From Hyaloraphidium curvatum SAG 235-1 (taxonomy: Eukaryota > Fungi > Monoblepharomycota), in NCBI GenBank assembly GCA_025558095.1, contig JAIVFI010000030.1:62001-126000 (forward strand): a stretch of DNA of 64,000 bases, written 5' to 3'. A program made the translations under genes and the position numbers. Of the stretch, positions 35,619 to 47,173 are shown piece after piece (the stretch's first letter is position 1; every line of letters begins with the position of its first letter). Below the pieces are notes generated by a model. The model was given only the letters and a program-made list of their open reading frames with translations. It was not told the origin of the DNA and did not search any database.

Positions 35619-38183
35619 TCAAACCAAGAAAGTGAAGGTGCCGGCCGCGATCGCAGTTCCTATGCCCAGTCCCATCCCCTTCCGTCCCAGCGCCGCAGCC
35701 GACGGTCTTGCCGTCTCTACGGATCCGGCCGTTGCAGTTAGCACCGGGCACGGTGTCTGCTCGGCTCCCCCGAGCAAGGCCTTGGCTGCCTGGCACCAGC
35801 TTCCGGCCGCGGCTTCCTCCTCCGCGGTGCACGTCTTCCCCACTTCGCGGGACGCATCCGGCGCTGGTTCCCCGGCCGCAAGCACCCCGCATCCCGACGA
35901 ACCGACGAACCAGGAGCAGCGCAGTGAGTCCGGCCCCAGGCACTGCGCGCGGCCGCCCGCGGAGGGGCGGACAAGCACTGCGTTGCCGCGGTCTTTGCAG
36001 CTGCGAACGCAGGTCCACTCATCCATTGGCCGCTGCGTTGTGCGGGGAGTGGAGAGGGTGGCGGCTGTCGATCCGGTGGTCGAGGTTGCAGGCGATGCGG
36101 TGGTTGTCGCAGTGGATGGGGTCGACGTCGCCTTGGGAACGAGGCGGAGCGCCTCGGCCGCGAGCCTACACCAACTCCCTTCGTCCGGCTTGCAGACATA
36201 GCCAATCCGTTGGCTATCGAGGGTGGGGTAAGGCTCGTCCCTCGCGAGGGAGAGGCACATGTCGTCGGCAAACCAGCTGCAGCGTGCCTCGTCCGGTCCC
36301 ACGCACCCAGGCACGGTGATGTTCGTCCCACCCGGCCGCGTCGCGGTCTGCGGTTTCACCAATACGTAATGCCCCTTGTCGCCGGGGCTCATCACGCAGG
36401 CCAAAGAAGGAGACGCCGTCGTGGCGCAGCCCGAGGGCTGCGGTCCCAACACGGCGCCGAGCATGCGCGCGCACCAGGGGTCCCAAGGGTTCCCGTTGTC
36501 CCCGATGCCAGGGCGGCAGAAGTACGAGCCCCCAACTTTGTAGGAGCTGACTACTGCGACCGTGCATGATGGATCCGAGTAGATGACGGGGGATCCCGTC
36601 GAGGAAGGGTACCCGCTGTCGGCCTTGACGATCCCCTGGATGCTGTAGTCGATGGTCTTCACCTGCTGTATGGCGGCGAAGCCGAACAGGCGCCGGCCCC
36701 GGATCCATTCGCCCGAGCCGGGACAGCCTTCGACGCAGGTCCACGGGCCCCTGTCCCCGTCCCCAGCGAGCGCTTCGATCACGCCCCAGGGGCTGTCGGT
36801 GGTGTTGAACGGTAGCACGATCGAACCCGCCTGTGGAGGCGCCGTGGCGGCGGCATTGGCGGCGCACGGGCCCGTCCAGAAGAAGACGACATTCCCCTTG
36901 TACAGCCCGTCCAGCTTGATCAGGGCGGCCAGTGAGCTGTTGGCGAGACGGCGAGCCACGACCCAGCTAGAGCCCGGGTTCTCCTTCCCCTGGGACAGGA
37001 CGGCTGTCCACGGCCCTGCGCCCGACGCATCCACCGCGGAATCGGGAGAGGCAACGTAGGTGCAGTTGAAGCCGAGAAAGGAGGGCGCCTGCCAGAAATG
37101 CTCCGGCTGCAGCCGCTCGAGCAGCTCGCGACCGCGGGTGCAGACATGGGCCGGGTCCCCGCGGTCGGCGGCCGGGACGTCTGCACACGAGTGGTGTGGC
37201 AGGGTGAAGAGGCCGGGCGAGGAGCGGACGCTCCTGCCGTCCAGGTGCTTGCAGCACACCGGGGCCAGACGCCGGCACTTGGTGTCGCCCCACGCCTCCG
37301 CCAGGCAGGCCACGTTGCCTTTGCCGTCGAACCGGACCAGCGTGTCCCCGCCTTCCGCGGCGTCCGAGTTGCCGTTAAGACAAGCCCAGTACGTGGCGTT
37401 GGGGTCGAGGCCGTTTCCCGGTCCCGGGTCGTCCGCCCGGTTTGCGAGGATGGCGGCGACGTCGGCGGGACATCCCATTGCAACAGCGCACCAACGGTCC
37501 AGAGCGTCGACGCTCTTGCCGGTGGGCTGCCGGACGGTGAGGTTCGCAGAGGCGATGGTCGGGTCTTGGTACGGAGTGTACCGCCACGTCCTGTTGATGG
37601 GGCTCAGCGCATCGCCGTAGTCCGCCTTGAGCTCATCCCAGGGGCACCCAAAGTCCTCGCCGCACATCGTTAAGGACCAGTAGCCGCTTCGCGTTTCTGG
37701 GGACTCGACGGCGAGCCAGTCGACCCTCGCCAGCTCGCACCGTCCCGCCCGCTCTTCGATCAGCAGTGTGGTCTCGAACCGCGACGACGACGGCGGAACC
37801 CCGTTGTCGAGACCGCAGGCGTAGCGGTAGAACATCGAACCATCGGCACTGCCGCACGGCACGGGGCAGATGGAGTAGCTCCCTCCGCAGGGCAGCCCGC
37901 AACAGCAGTTCGAGAACCCACTCTCGCGGCACCCCGTTTGGCCGCTCGCGGGGTCGGTGACGTTGGCGTAGTGCCATGTGGGAGGGCCGGAGTAGCTGGT
38001 CGGTGAGACGGCGGGGAGGAGCGAGGCGAGGAGTGCCAGGGCGGCGAGGGTGGGGACGGTGGGGAGTGCACGCCGGCACACTGCCGGGGTGCGCGCGGCA
38101 GTGGAGGGGGCCAGCGCCGCGGTCCGACGGGCGGCGCGGGCGCGGCGAGGCGGGGAGAACATGAAAAGCATTCTTCTGCTCAT
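35619..38183 (-). CDS. 854-aa intronless Cys/Trp-rich cell-surface protein with internal repeats, probably GPI- or TM-anchored
   Basis: Hydrophobic N-terminal signal-like segment; repeats W[TA]CV...LV[RK]...C.GPD..RCSWF...C..LA..EP.P...C...SWC; Thr-rich stalk; hydrophobic C-terminus. Confidence 0.8.
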   Translation of the reverse strand: MSRRMLFMFSPPRRARAARRTAALAPSTAARTPAVCRRALPTVPTLAALALLASLLPAVSPTSYSGPPTWHYANVTDPASGQTGCRESGFSNCCCGLPCGGSYSICPVPCGSADGSMFYRYACGLDNGVPPSSSRFETTLLIEERAGRCELARVDWLAVESPETRSGYWSLTMCGEDFGCPWDELKADYGDALSPINRTWRYTPYQDPTIASANLTVRQPTGKSVDALDRWCAVAMGCPADVAAILANRADDPGPGNGLDPNATYWACLNGNSDAAEGGDTLVRFDGKGNVACLAEAWGDTKCRRLAPVCCKHLDGRSVRSSPGLFTLPHHSCADVPAADRGDPAHVCTRGRELLERLQPEHFWQAPSFLGFNCTYVASPDSAVDASGAGPWTAVLSQGKENPGSSWVVARRLANSSLAALIKLDGLYKGNVVFFWTGPCAANAAATAPPQAGSIVLPFNTTDSPWGVIEALAGDGDRGPWTCVEGCPGSGEWIRGRRLFGFAAIQQVKTIDYSIQGIVKADSGYPSSTGSPVIYSDPSCTVAVVSSYKVGGSYFCRPGIGDNGNPWDPWCARMLGAVLGPQPSGCATTASPSLACVMSPGDKGHYVLVKPQTATRPGGTNITVPGCVGPDEARCSWFADDMCLSLARDEPYPTLDSQRIGYVCKPDEGSWCRLAAEALRLVPKATSTPSTATTTASPATSTTGSTAATLSTPRTTQRPMDEWTCVRSCKDRGNAVLVRPSAGGRAQCLGPDSLRCSWFVGSSGCGVLAAGEPAPDASREVGKTCTAEEEAAAGSWCQAAKALLGGAEQTPCPVLTATAGSVETARPSAAALGRKGMGLGIGTAIAAGTFTFLV

Positions 38184-38681
38184 GTGGTGGGTATCGTGGT
38201 GGGTAGTCTTGGGTTGAACTGGAGTCGGGGTCGGATGACTCCGAGCGAGTGTGGCGCGGGCATGACGTCAGTCATCATTCCCATCCTTGGCAATCGCTCC
38301 CAGTCCTTGCAATGCGGACCACTGGTGAATCGGCGCGTCACCCGGGGAAGATGGCACCGACGATCGCCATGCCGAGGCCGCCCATCCACGTCGCCCTCCC
38401 TCCCAAAACGGATACAAGTGACCCCTCGCTTCAACTTCTCCATCCTCTCGCACAAGACCTTGACCTCCGCCCGCAACGCGCTCACGGCCACCCTGACGCC
38501 GTGTTCTGCCGCACAGATCCCCGCTGCCGTGCCAATTGCTGTCCTCGGCGTCCCGGTGGGCGCCTTGCTTCTCGAAGTGGGCGATCCGCGACCGGGGGTT
38601 CGCCTGCGCGGGTTGGATCGTCGTCAGCACTGGCTGCGGCATAGGTGATGGCGTCGGTCGGGGGAGCCAGTCACCTCCGCG

Positions 38682-39520
38682 CTAATGCTTCACCCGATTG
38701 GGGTCAAATTCGGCGGCGGCTTTCAAGTAATCTGCCTGCAGCTTCTCCCTCTCCTCCTTGCGCCCGCCGGCCGGCGGTGCCTGCCCCTGGGGCGCAGCCT
38801 GCTCCGGTGCCGCGTGCTTCTGCGCCACGAGCTGCCTTTCCGCGTCGAGCCGCGCCCCCGCTTTCAGCTGGTCCGCGAACGACCGGTCCCACCGCTCGAC
38901 GGCCTCGGCGTTTGCCGCGTCCATGTCGTACTGGCGGATGGCGCGCGCCTCGGCCCGCTTCCGGCGGTCCTCGTTCCATGAGTCCGCTGTATGAGCGAAA
39001 CAGGGTCGCGCCGGCCCTGACCATCTCCCCCCCGGCGCCCTAAAGTTCGTCGTCGAGCCCGGCCACCATCCCCTCGCACCACCGCTCCACCGCGTGCCAC
39101 ACGAACCACACCGCCCTGCACGCCCCCACAAGGGGCAGCAGCGCCGCCGCGAACCCCATCCGCCGGGCAAACAGCGCCCACCCCCTCGCCCGGTCCCACA
39201 GCGGCTCGCCCCGCGGCTTCCTGCCCACGGGGTACGGCGACGGCGGCGAACAGCGCGAGGCCGACAAAGTCGCGGATGAGGAGCAGCTTGCCTGCGAGCA
39301 CGAACAGCGCGGCGCCGGCGGGGGCGGCGGCGGCGTGCGTGTTTGCGGCCAGCCCGGCCAGGGGCGCCGGGGAGGGGGAGAGGAGCGAGGCGGCGAGGGA
39401 GAGCAGGAGCGCGGCGGGGTAGCCCGCCAGCAGCACCGCCAGGACGACGGCGCCGGCGGCCACGTCGGCGTTGTACGGGTTCAGCACGATCAGCGCGGTG
39501 CGTATGTCGACGGTCCATGG
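38682..39520 (-). pseudogene. Fragmented membrane / coiled-coil coding remnants
   Basis: Hydrophobic coding-like segments split between frames near 39240 with no clear in-frame start. A separate charged helical exon-like piece lies at 38682-38990. Confidence 0.3.
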
Positions 39521-39641
39521 AAAAGTACAGGGGTTGGGTAACGGTTGTGTGTCAGTGCGAAAACGTCACCCCGTCATCACCGGTCCGCGCGTCCCAAACG
39601 TGTCACCGGATCCAGCTCCTGATCCCCAGCCGCGCGCGGCC

Positions 39642-42600
39642 ATGTCGCGGTCGACTGCAGACCCCGCACGAGAACCCGCGCGGGAGCGCGGGTGCGCGCC
39701 GGTGCCCGCGGGCGATCGCGCGGCGGCGGCTGCCGAGGACCGCGGCGTCGGCGGCGGCGCGCAGGCCCCCAGGCCAGCCCGCAAGCGGCGCATGCTCATT
39801 CGGCCCGGCGATGACGGCGATTGTGGCCACGGGCACGCGGTGGGCGACGCCGCGACCGGGATCGGCGCGATCCGCGACCCCGCGCCTGGCGACGACGGAG
39901 ACGCCCTTGGCGCCCGCAAGACCCTGACCCCGAAGCCTCCATCGCTCAAAATTCGTCTTCGCAAGACGGCCGCCGGCGGCTTCGAACACGTCCCACGCCA
40001 GGACACCGGCGCGCGACCTGCGCCGCTTCGCACTCCCGCCCCCGCCTCCGCGGCCGCCACCGACCCCGCCACCCCCTCCCCTCTGCCGCGCAGGCGTTGG
40101 ACGGCGCAAACCGACGACGCGTACGTCGACGAGGACGACTCCCCGCCGGCGCGGAAGCGGCCTAGGGCGGTGCTGGCCACGCGCGCCCCCGCGGCCCGGA
40201 AGCCTCGCGGCGGCGAGCAACAGCCCCGCGCCACACAACGCAAGAAGCCCAGGAGGAGCCGGCCCTTCTCCTGGTATCTGGTGTTCGGTCGGAAGCCTGC
40301 CGGATCCGGTGACGGGGCATCGAGCGGGGTCGGCGGGGATGCTGCGGTGGGTGCCCGTTCGGAGCACCCGCACGCCCGCCATCGCCGATGTATCGTGCAA
40401 CAGGCTCCGGAAGACGCGGCGGAAGGCGACGATGGCGGGATTGCGGCCGAAGGTGCGTGTTGGCAGGCGATAACCCGCGTCTGATCGCGCCCATTTATCT
40501 GATCGATCACACCAATCAGGCACCGACCTCGACCGCGACGCGCTCGTCCTCCAGGACATTTTCCACTCGGGCTTCGTCTACAATGCCATCCGTCACGGAC
40601 TCCAGAGCGGCCGGGGCCCCGAGGTCGCCCGGCTCTTCGAGGAGCAGGAACGCCGGCCAACGGCCTTCACCCCCGAGCGCTTCGAGCACGTCCAGCGCGC
40701 CAAGGACGCCGTGGACCGGAAGCTCGCCGAGCGCGGCGCGTCGCTCACCTTCTCTTTCGGAAACAACCGAGGGGACATTTCGCAGCTCGCGAACTCGGAC
40801 GGGGGCAAGCTCGCGGTGCTCATGGACTACCCGGTCGGCGACGACGACCAGTTCGCCGCGAAACCCGGCGGGGTCAAGTACCCGCGGATCGTGGGCGGCC
40901 TGCCCTATTCCCCGTGCTTCACCGGCTCGAAATACCAACACATCCCCATCGCCCTGGGATTCGACGCCTTTTGCTGGGACGCCAAGCCGATCCCCGGGGA
41001 CCCGAAGGACAGGAGCGCTCCATTCGATGCCACGGATGCGAACGACGTCGAGCTCTTTGCCCTCGTCCTCAAACTCTCCCTCGTGGTCGGGGCGACGAAG
41101 GCCGTCGCGCTGTCGGCCATCGTTGCCCACGGTGCGGTGGACATCCTGCGCAGCCGCCTTGGAAGCCAGTACGAGGGCGCCGTGCCCATCTCGGGCCTGG
41201 GCATCACCGTGCTGGGCCACGTCTTCACGAGGCTGAGCGTCGATGGCCGTGGCGACAACTGCGCCTTCCTCGTCTTCGAGAACCGCCATTTGCAGCTGTC
41301 CATGATGCCGGGCAACTCGATTGCACTCGCGCTGTCTCTCCTCTCGGTAATGAACATGCGCTGCCTGGTGATGCCGCTCGAGGCCATCAAGCGGATCCTG
41401 TCGATCGGCGGGTTCTCCAGCGCCCAAATCGACGAGCTTCACACGCTGGAGCTGGAGCGGGCATCGCCCGCGAGCACCGCGGCGCTGGAGCTCAGGCGCA
41501 AGGAGGTCTCTGGACTGACAAAGGTGCAGGAGATCATGTTCCTCTGGTGCTCCTCGGGCGGAAATGCCGTGGCCGAGGCCGTGTCCACTGTCAACGGCAT
41601 GATCCCCGAGCTCCAGCGCCGCAAGCTGTTCGAGGACGCGTACGAGGAGATCAGCGAGAAGCCGACGGGGCAGGCGCGCGGGGATGAGGCGCTGCTGCAG
41701 TTGGAGCGGCAGCTGCAGGGGCAGCCACACGCGTTCCAGAAGATTGCGGCGCTTAGGATGCTCGGGATGGGGCCGTCCCTCTTCGCGAGCCTGTCGACGT
41801 TCGAGGGCGGCGAGCAGGCCGCGCAGCTCGAGCGGGACGCGGTGGGGATCGTCGGGCCGGAGAACGCGGGCGCGCTGCTGGAGCCGGTGAAGGACGTGCT
41901 CCGGAACCACCGTGGGAGAGGCAAGCTCGCGCTGCGCAAGGAGAAGATCGCGGACCTGGTGGAGGAGTACCTTGGCCCGGACATGAGGGACGAGATGGCG
42001 GGCCTGGAGGGGGGCCTGGCACTCAACGCGGCGCACGGCATGAACGCCTCTCTCGCCGGACAGGCGATTGGGGGCGTGAAGCAAGAGGCACTCCGTTTGC
42101 TTGGACGTGTTAGGCTCCAGCAGCTCCGCGCGGACCCGACGCTCATGTCGGCCATCAACGACGAGACCAAGTCGACCGATGCCAGGAAGCGAATCGTCTC
42201 GGACTTCATCCTCAAGCTCTTTGGTCCGGAGATCGCACAGGATCTCAAGGGGAAGGAGGGCGGCGTGATCAATCTTTTGGCTACAATGACCACCCCTGCA
42301 GGCAAATCCGACGAGGTGCGCCGCGGCTTGTACGTCTTTTTCTCTCGGACACCGACTGACGCACCCCACAGGATTCCCCGCCTCGGGTGATCTGCGTTAG
42401 CGGCAACAAGCCGTGGGCGTGCTCCGTGTGCGGGCAAAAGGTATGTGATCTTGTCCCCTCGGACCGCGCCGCCGCTAAAGGGCTGCCAGTACAAGTCCAG
42501 GGGGAGCTGTTTTAAACACATCAACGAAAAGCACAAGGGAGTGTTTTACAAGTGCGGGGTGTGTGGCATTGAGGTGAGCTACTGCTTTGTCTCGGTTCCG

Positions 42601-42685
42601 CGCCTTCTCATTTGTCCTACCGCAGATTGGCCAAAAGGCAGACCTCGAGAAACATCAAAGGAGGAGCTGCAAACCTAGGATGTGA
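39642..42685 (+). CDS. Large hypothetical protein with two C-terminal C2H2/C2HC zinc fingers, multi-exon
   Basis: An intron at about 40453-40519 joins the disordered N-terminus to the 40711-42390 ORF. Downstream exons give KPWACSVCGQKYKSRGSCFKHINEKH and YKCGVCGIEIGQKADLEKHQRRSCKPRM*. Confidence 0.7.
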
Positions 42686-42986
42686 GACAGCGATCGGATA
42701 GAAGTCCTTTGGTCGTATCCGGCCCGGCCATGGTGGGGCGTGCCAGTGTAGAAAAGTCCTGCCCGCCGTAGTCGTGGATGCCGGCGGCGCCGATGGAGGG
42801 ACGGCCGTCGTGGATTGAGGGAACAAGCCTCTCAATCAGGAGCTCGGCCCAAGTAATCTTCTCTCGCAGCACGAAGAGGAACAGGGCAAAGGACGCGTCC
42901 GCCGCAGCCGCAGAATCAACGCTCTCCAAACAACCCGTTGAAGCCATCAGAATCAAAGATGTAAGGCAAGCTCGAAATCGTCGTGA

Positions 42987-43472
42987 CTAAGATCTAAACT
43001 CCGGTATCACCAGACTCTGCAATTTGTGATGCGAGAGAGTCGAAAGCGCCTCGAGGGAGGCTTTGGCGCTGTCCGCGTCCGCCCGCTCCCTCCGCGCCGC
43101 GCCGTCCGCCGCCGCCTGCCGCATCGCCGCGTCGACTTTCGCGTTCTCCGCATGTGCCCGCGCGCGGATCCGGGCCCCGACGTCGTCGCCCGTTTTTGCG
43201 GGATCGTGCGCGGGGGTGGCCGGCATCGCCGGCACCGCCGGGCGGGCAAAGTCCTCGGCCGCGTGCGGAGGCGCGGGCTCCCCGCCAGCCGACGCCTGCG
43301 CCATGGCTTTGAGGCCGGCGAGCTCCCTATCCAGGTCGTCGATCGTCGCCGGCTGCGTCAGGTCCGGGGATTCGTTATGTTGGGAGGCATCAGCTGCCGC
43401 GTGGCGCACCGGGGTTTTCGAGCTTCCAATCCCGCCGCCCGGCAAGATTCCAACCTCCGGGCACAATGACAT
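42987..43472 (-). CDS. Hypothetical Ala-rich coiled-coil protein
   Basis: Coding-like IDDLDRELAGLKAM...ENAKVDAAMRQAAAD; plausible short intron near the start; 3' end uncertain. Confidence 0.35.
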   Translation of the reverse strand: MSLCPEVGILPGGGIGSSKTPVRHAAADASQHNESPDLTQPATIDDLDRELAGLKAMAQASAGGEPAPPHAAEDFARPAVPAMPATPAHDPAKTGDDVGARIRARAHAENAKVDAAMRQAAADGAARRERADADSAKASLEALSTLSHHKLQSLVIPEFRS

Positions 43473-43940
43473 GCCTAGATGCTCGGCGCGTGGTTTCTGG
43501 AGCAAGCAGTTCCAACGGGTCGCCGCCGCAGCGTCTCATCCGCCCGTATGAGCGCCGCGGCCAGCCGTGGAGTCAACCGAGAGATGTCTTCACAAGCTTC
43601 CTCGCCAGATCCCCCCGTGCCAACCCTGCGCGCCGCTGGAAACAGCCCTCAGTAGAGGCCTTTGACGACGAGTAAATAAAGTCATCCAAAGTGCGTGTAC
43701 ATTGAAACCTGGATTCGAGACGACGACGCGATGGATCAAGTTGGCAAGCTGCTCCCGTCCCTGTACCAGCAGAGGGTGAACCCCGGACCGGCCGTTTGGG
43801 AAAACCCTGATTGATCGATTGGGCCAGCTGGCGAATGGAGCTAGAGAACGGACGCGACGGCATGGCCAAGATTGGTGGGCCTGAGTGCGTGTCTCCCGTT
43901 CCGTCCAGCCACCACTCGCTTGCCTGCCCGCCGCCCCACA

Positions 43941-44372
43941 ATGCCCGCCTCGCCCGACACGCCGACCATCGCACGCCTCGCCGACTCTGCCGCGGTGTCC
44001 TTCGGCCCGCTCTCGCACTACCAGCCGCTGATCCGCGGCGACGGCGGCCCTGTCTTTACCGGCGTGCAGACGTGCGCGCCCGGCTACCGCACCCCCATGC
44101 ACCGCCACCCGTACGTCGAGTGCCTCTTCGTGATTGAGGGCACGCTGCACGCGTGGATGGAGGGCCGCGAGGACGAGTTTTTGGTGCTCTGCGCGGGGGA
44201 CATGATCTCGCTGCCGGCGGGCCGGGCGCACGCTTTCGGCAACCGCGGGCCGGGCACGCTGAGGATCCTGGGCATACACAACAGCCCGGAGCGAATCGTG
44301 GACGTGGTGGAGCAGGCCCCGGAGGGCGGCGCGGCGGGACCCGCCGTCTGGCCGGGCGCCCAGAAGCTCTAA
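43941..44372 (+). CDS. Cupin_2 domain protein, intronless, bacterial-like
   Basis: TPMHRHPYVECLFVIEG and GDMISLPAGRAHAFGN; ends QKL*. Confidence 0.85.
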   Translation: MPASPDTPTIARLADSAAVSFGPLSHYQPLIRGDGGPVFTGVQTCAPGYRTPMHRHPYVECLFVIEGTLHAWMEGREDEFLVLCAGDMISLPAGRAHAFGNRGPGTLRILGIHNSPERIVDVVEQAPEGGAAGPAVWPGAQKL

Positions 44373-44742
44373 ACGGCGACCGCGGGGGATGAATGCCGAT
44401 GCCGATCGCCTTTCAGCACTCATTTGGCTGGAAATTCCGCGTTTCGACGGATGTTGACCTGAAGTGTGGGCGAAGAAGCTTTCGGCGTGGTTTCTTTGCA
44501 GGCCACCGCTTGTCCGGTCGCCTCAATGCCGCACTGATCATCCCGCTGTTGCACAATGCAGCACTCGAAGCCGCCCTGTTGGACCGATATGGAACGGGGG
44601 TACGATGTCTCGCACGCGCAAATCTCATGTCTTGTGCACAATCCGCTCTCCACGACCTGGCCGCAAAGAAAAAGCCCTAGGCGTCCGCCGTTCTTGCATC
44701 GCCCGTTCCATTGAACCGCTCAACCAAGCATTGCAGAAAGGT

Positions 44743-45798
44743 TCACCGCACCTCTGCCTTGATCCCGTCGGCCCTCGCCGTGCCGAACCCGCCCGGATGC
44801 TGCAGCGGCACCGCGTCAGGCCTCAGCCAGTCCCTGTTGGCCGTCTCGCCTTCGGGCTTCGGGGGCTGCTGCGCCGCGGGGTGCGGGTAGCCGTAAGGCC
44901 CCGCCGGGGGTTGGTACGGGAAGCCCGCGGCAGGAGGGGGGTACGGCGAGCCGGCGGGGGGAGCGTAGGGCGAGCCCATGGGGGCGTACAGGCCTCCCGG
45001 CTGCGCGTATGGCGAGCCGGTTTGGGGTGGGGGAGGGTAGGGCGCCCCTGCCGCCATGTACGGCGACGCAGCGGGCGGGGTGTAGTACGGCTGCTGCGGC
45101 GGCGGGGGGTACGGAGTCCCCGGGGGCGGATACGGCGAGGCGTACATGTTTGCCGGGGGAGGGAACGGGGAGGGCGGGTAGCCCGCTTGCGGGGGGTAGG
45201 GCGCTTGTTGGGGGTAGGGGTACGGGTAGGGATAGGGCGCCCAAGCGGGGCCGGGGGGCGGTTGCTGGGGGAAGTACGGCGGGTAGGGATTGGAGGGGGC
45301 GGGAGCCGGGGAGTAGGATGCAATCGGTGGCGGCGGGGCGGTTGTGGCAGGGGGGGCCGCTTGGGGAGGGGCGGCCGGTGTCTCCTGCGGCCCGGGGTCG
45401 GCCTTGAGGTGCGGCAGGGCAAAGCCTTGCAACGTCAGGTCCGCAGATGTGCCTGCTGCAAATTCCTGGCGTGCGGCCTCTGCCAACGTGCGGTGCCTCG
45501 CGAGCCGCGGCATCGACCCCGGCCCCCGATGTGGAGGAGGCGAACCTTGCCCCCGCTCCACCGCCTGCCCCTCCGCACCGGGCGCCGGCCGGGGAGCAGG
45601 CCACGAATTTCTTGCTTCCTCCGCCGCCGCCGCCTCGGCCGCAGCCCTCTCCCTTTTCTTCCTTCGACATCTTCTAGCAGCTTCCCGATTTCTCTCCCTT
45701 CTCCGCTCCAAACGCGCGGCCCGCTGCTCCTCCGTCAGGCGCTCTTCGACGCGGGGTCTTCCCCGCCGACGGGGCGCCTCGCTGCCGTCGCTGTCCAT
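44743..45798 (-). CDS. bZIP-type basic-region protein with AT-hook and Pro/Tyr-rich tail
   Basis: RRRGRPR; RRRERNREAARRCRRKK; YP-rich low-complexity region; exon structure uncertain. Confidence 0.7.
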   Translation of the reverse strand: MDSDGSEAPRRRGRPRVEERLTEEQRAARLERRRERNREAARRCRRKKRERAAAEAAAAEEARNSWPAPRPAPGAEGQAVERGQGSPPPHRGPGSMPRLARHRTLAEAARQEFAAGTSADLTLQGFALPHLKADPGPQETPAAPPQAAPPATTAPPPPIASYSPAPAPSNPYPPYFPQQPPPGPAWAPYPYPYPYPQQAPYPPQAGYPPSPFPPPANMYASPYPPPGTPYPPPPQQPYYTPPAASPYMAAGAPYPPPPQTGSPYAQPGGLYAPMGSPYAPPAGSPYPPPAAGFPYQPPAGPYGYPHPAAQQPPKPEGETANRDWLRPDAVPLQHPGGFGTARADGIKAEVR

Positions 45799-46570
45799 CG
45801 GGGGCAGAGGTCGCGAGGGATGACTGGTCCGGGACGTCGGTGGCTCGGCGTGTGACCCGTCACCGAGAAAGTTGGGGCCCTGATCTGCGGCGGCCGCACC
45901 CCCCGACAACGGATCGGGGCTTCCGAACACCCTCTTGGGACGCCGACGGGCTCCATCTGCCGTTCTGCCTTGATTCCGCTGCGGCTGGCTTGGGACCAGG
46001 CACCTGAAGAGGTGCTGACGCGCATCACTACCGCCCTCCCTGCGTCAGCGAGTCACCACCGGCCATGAGTCCGATGAAAACAAAAGCATCCGCCTCAACT
46101 CCATTCGGGATTTCGTTTGCCTTGCTCGGCAATATTCGTCCGGAGCATATTCGCTGAGCCGGTTCGCCGGGAACCGGGCAGGACCTCTCCGACGCCACCC
46201 TTGCCCCCGCGCCGCGGACAGCACCCATCCCCCTCTCCATGTCTGTGCGGCTTCTCCGTCTACCTACTGCCGTATACCGTGCTTCTCCGGCCTCCTCGAG
46301 CCCCCGTGCGGGACGTGGCCGCCGTCCCTTGCGATCCCACCGGCGGCCACCCGACGCCGTCGAGCATCTCCCTCCATCCATCCAACGCGAACTTCCGCCT
46401 GTGCGTCCGGGCCGTTTTCCTCTCCCGCACCCGCCTTGATGCCCGAAAGCCCGGCCGGCCAGCTGCGGCCGCACCCGTTCTCCCGCTGCCCTTCCGCCCT
46501 TGCAACCCCCGTCCCACACCCCTCTGCAGTTCCTCCCCGTACCACTACCTCTACCCTCCGCTCCGCGACG

Positions 46571-47173
46571 ATGCCGCCGCGGACCTCGCTCCACTCCCGC
46601 CCGCACGTCCGCGCGCCGACCGCCGCCTACCTCCGCACCTGGCTCCGCGCGAACCACGCGACTTCCTCCGGGGCATGGATAGTCTATCCGCTGAAGGGCA
46701 CGGCGGAGGACGCGCCCGCGTGGTCGGACATCGTCGACGAGCTGCTGTCCTTCGGGTGGATCGACTCGACGGCCGGCAAAGCGGAGGGGGGATGGAAGAA
46801 GCTCTGGGCGTGTCCCCGGCGCGCCGGCTCTCCCTGGAGCAAAATCAACCGCGCCAAAATCGCGAAGCTCGAAGAGGACGGCAAGATGGAGGAGCCCGGG
46901 CTGGAGGCGGTGCGCCGCGCTCGGGAGGACGGGAGCTGGGACCGCCTTGCCTCGGCGTGGGACGGGACCGTGCCGGGCGAGCTGGAGAGGGCGTTCGCGC
47001 GGTATCCGGGGAGCAGGGAACAATTCGAAGGGTTCCCGCCAGGGGCAAAGAGGATTCTGCTGGAGAGGATAGCCGAAGCAAAGAGGGACGAGACGAAGGA
47101 GCGGAGGGCGGACGCGATCGCCGAGGCGGCGGCGAGGGGGGAGCGGTGGGGCTTTGGGGGCGGGAAGGGGTGA
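46571..47173 (+). CDS. YdeI/OmdA (bacteriocin-protection) family protein, intronless
   Basis: LRTWLRANH, LLSFGWIDS, PRRAGSPWSKINR, GLEAVRRAREDGSW, AKRDETKERR. Confidence 0.85.
   Translation: MPPRTSLHSRPHVRAPTAAYLRTWLRANHATSSGAWIVYPLKGTAEDAPAWSDIVDELLSFGWIDSTAGKAEGGWKKLWACPRRAGSPWSKINRAKIAKLEEDGKMEEPGLEAVRRAREDGSWDRLASAWDGTVPGELERAFARYPGSREQFEGFPPGAKRILLERIAEAKRDETKERRADAIAEAAARGERWGFGGGKG

Noticed and set aside
40516-42369. 617-aa minus-strand ORF
   Set aside because: Antisense mirror of the plus-strand coding exon.
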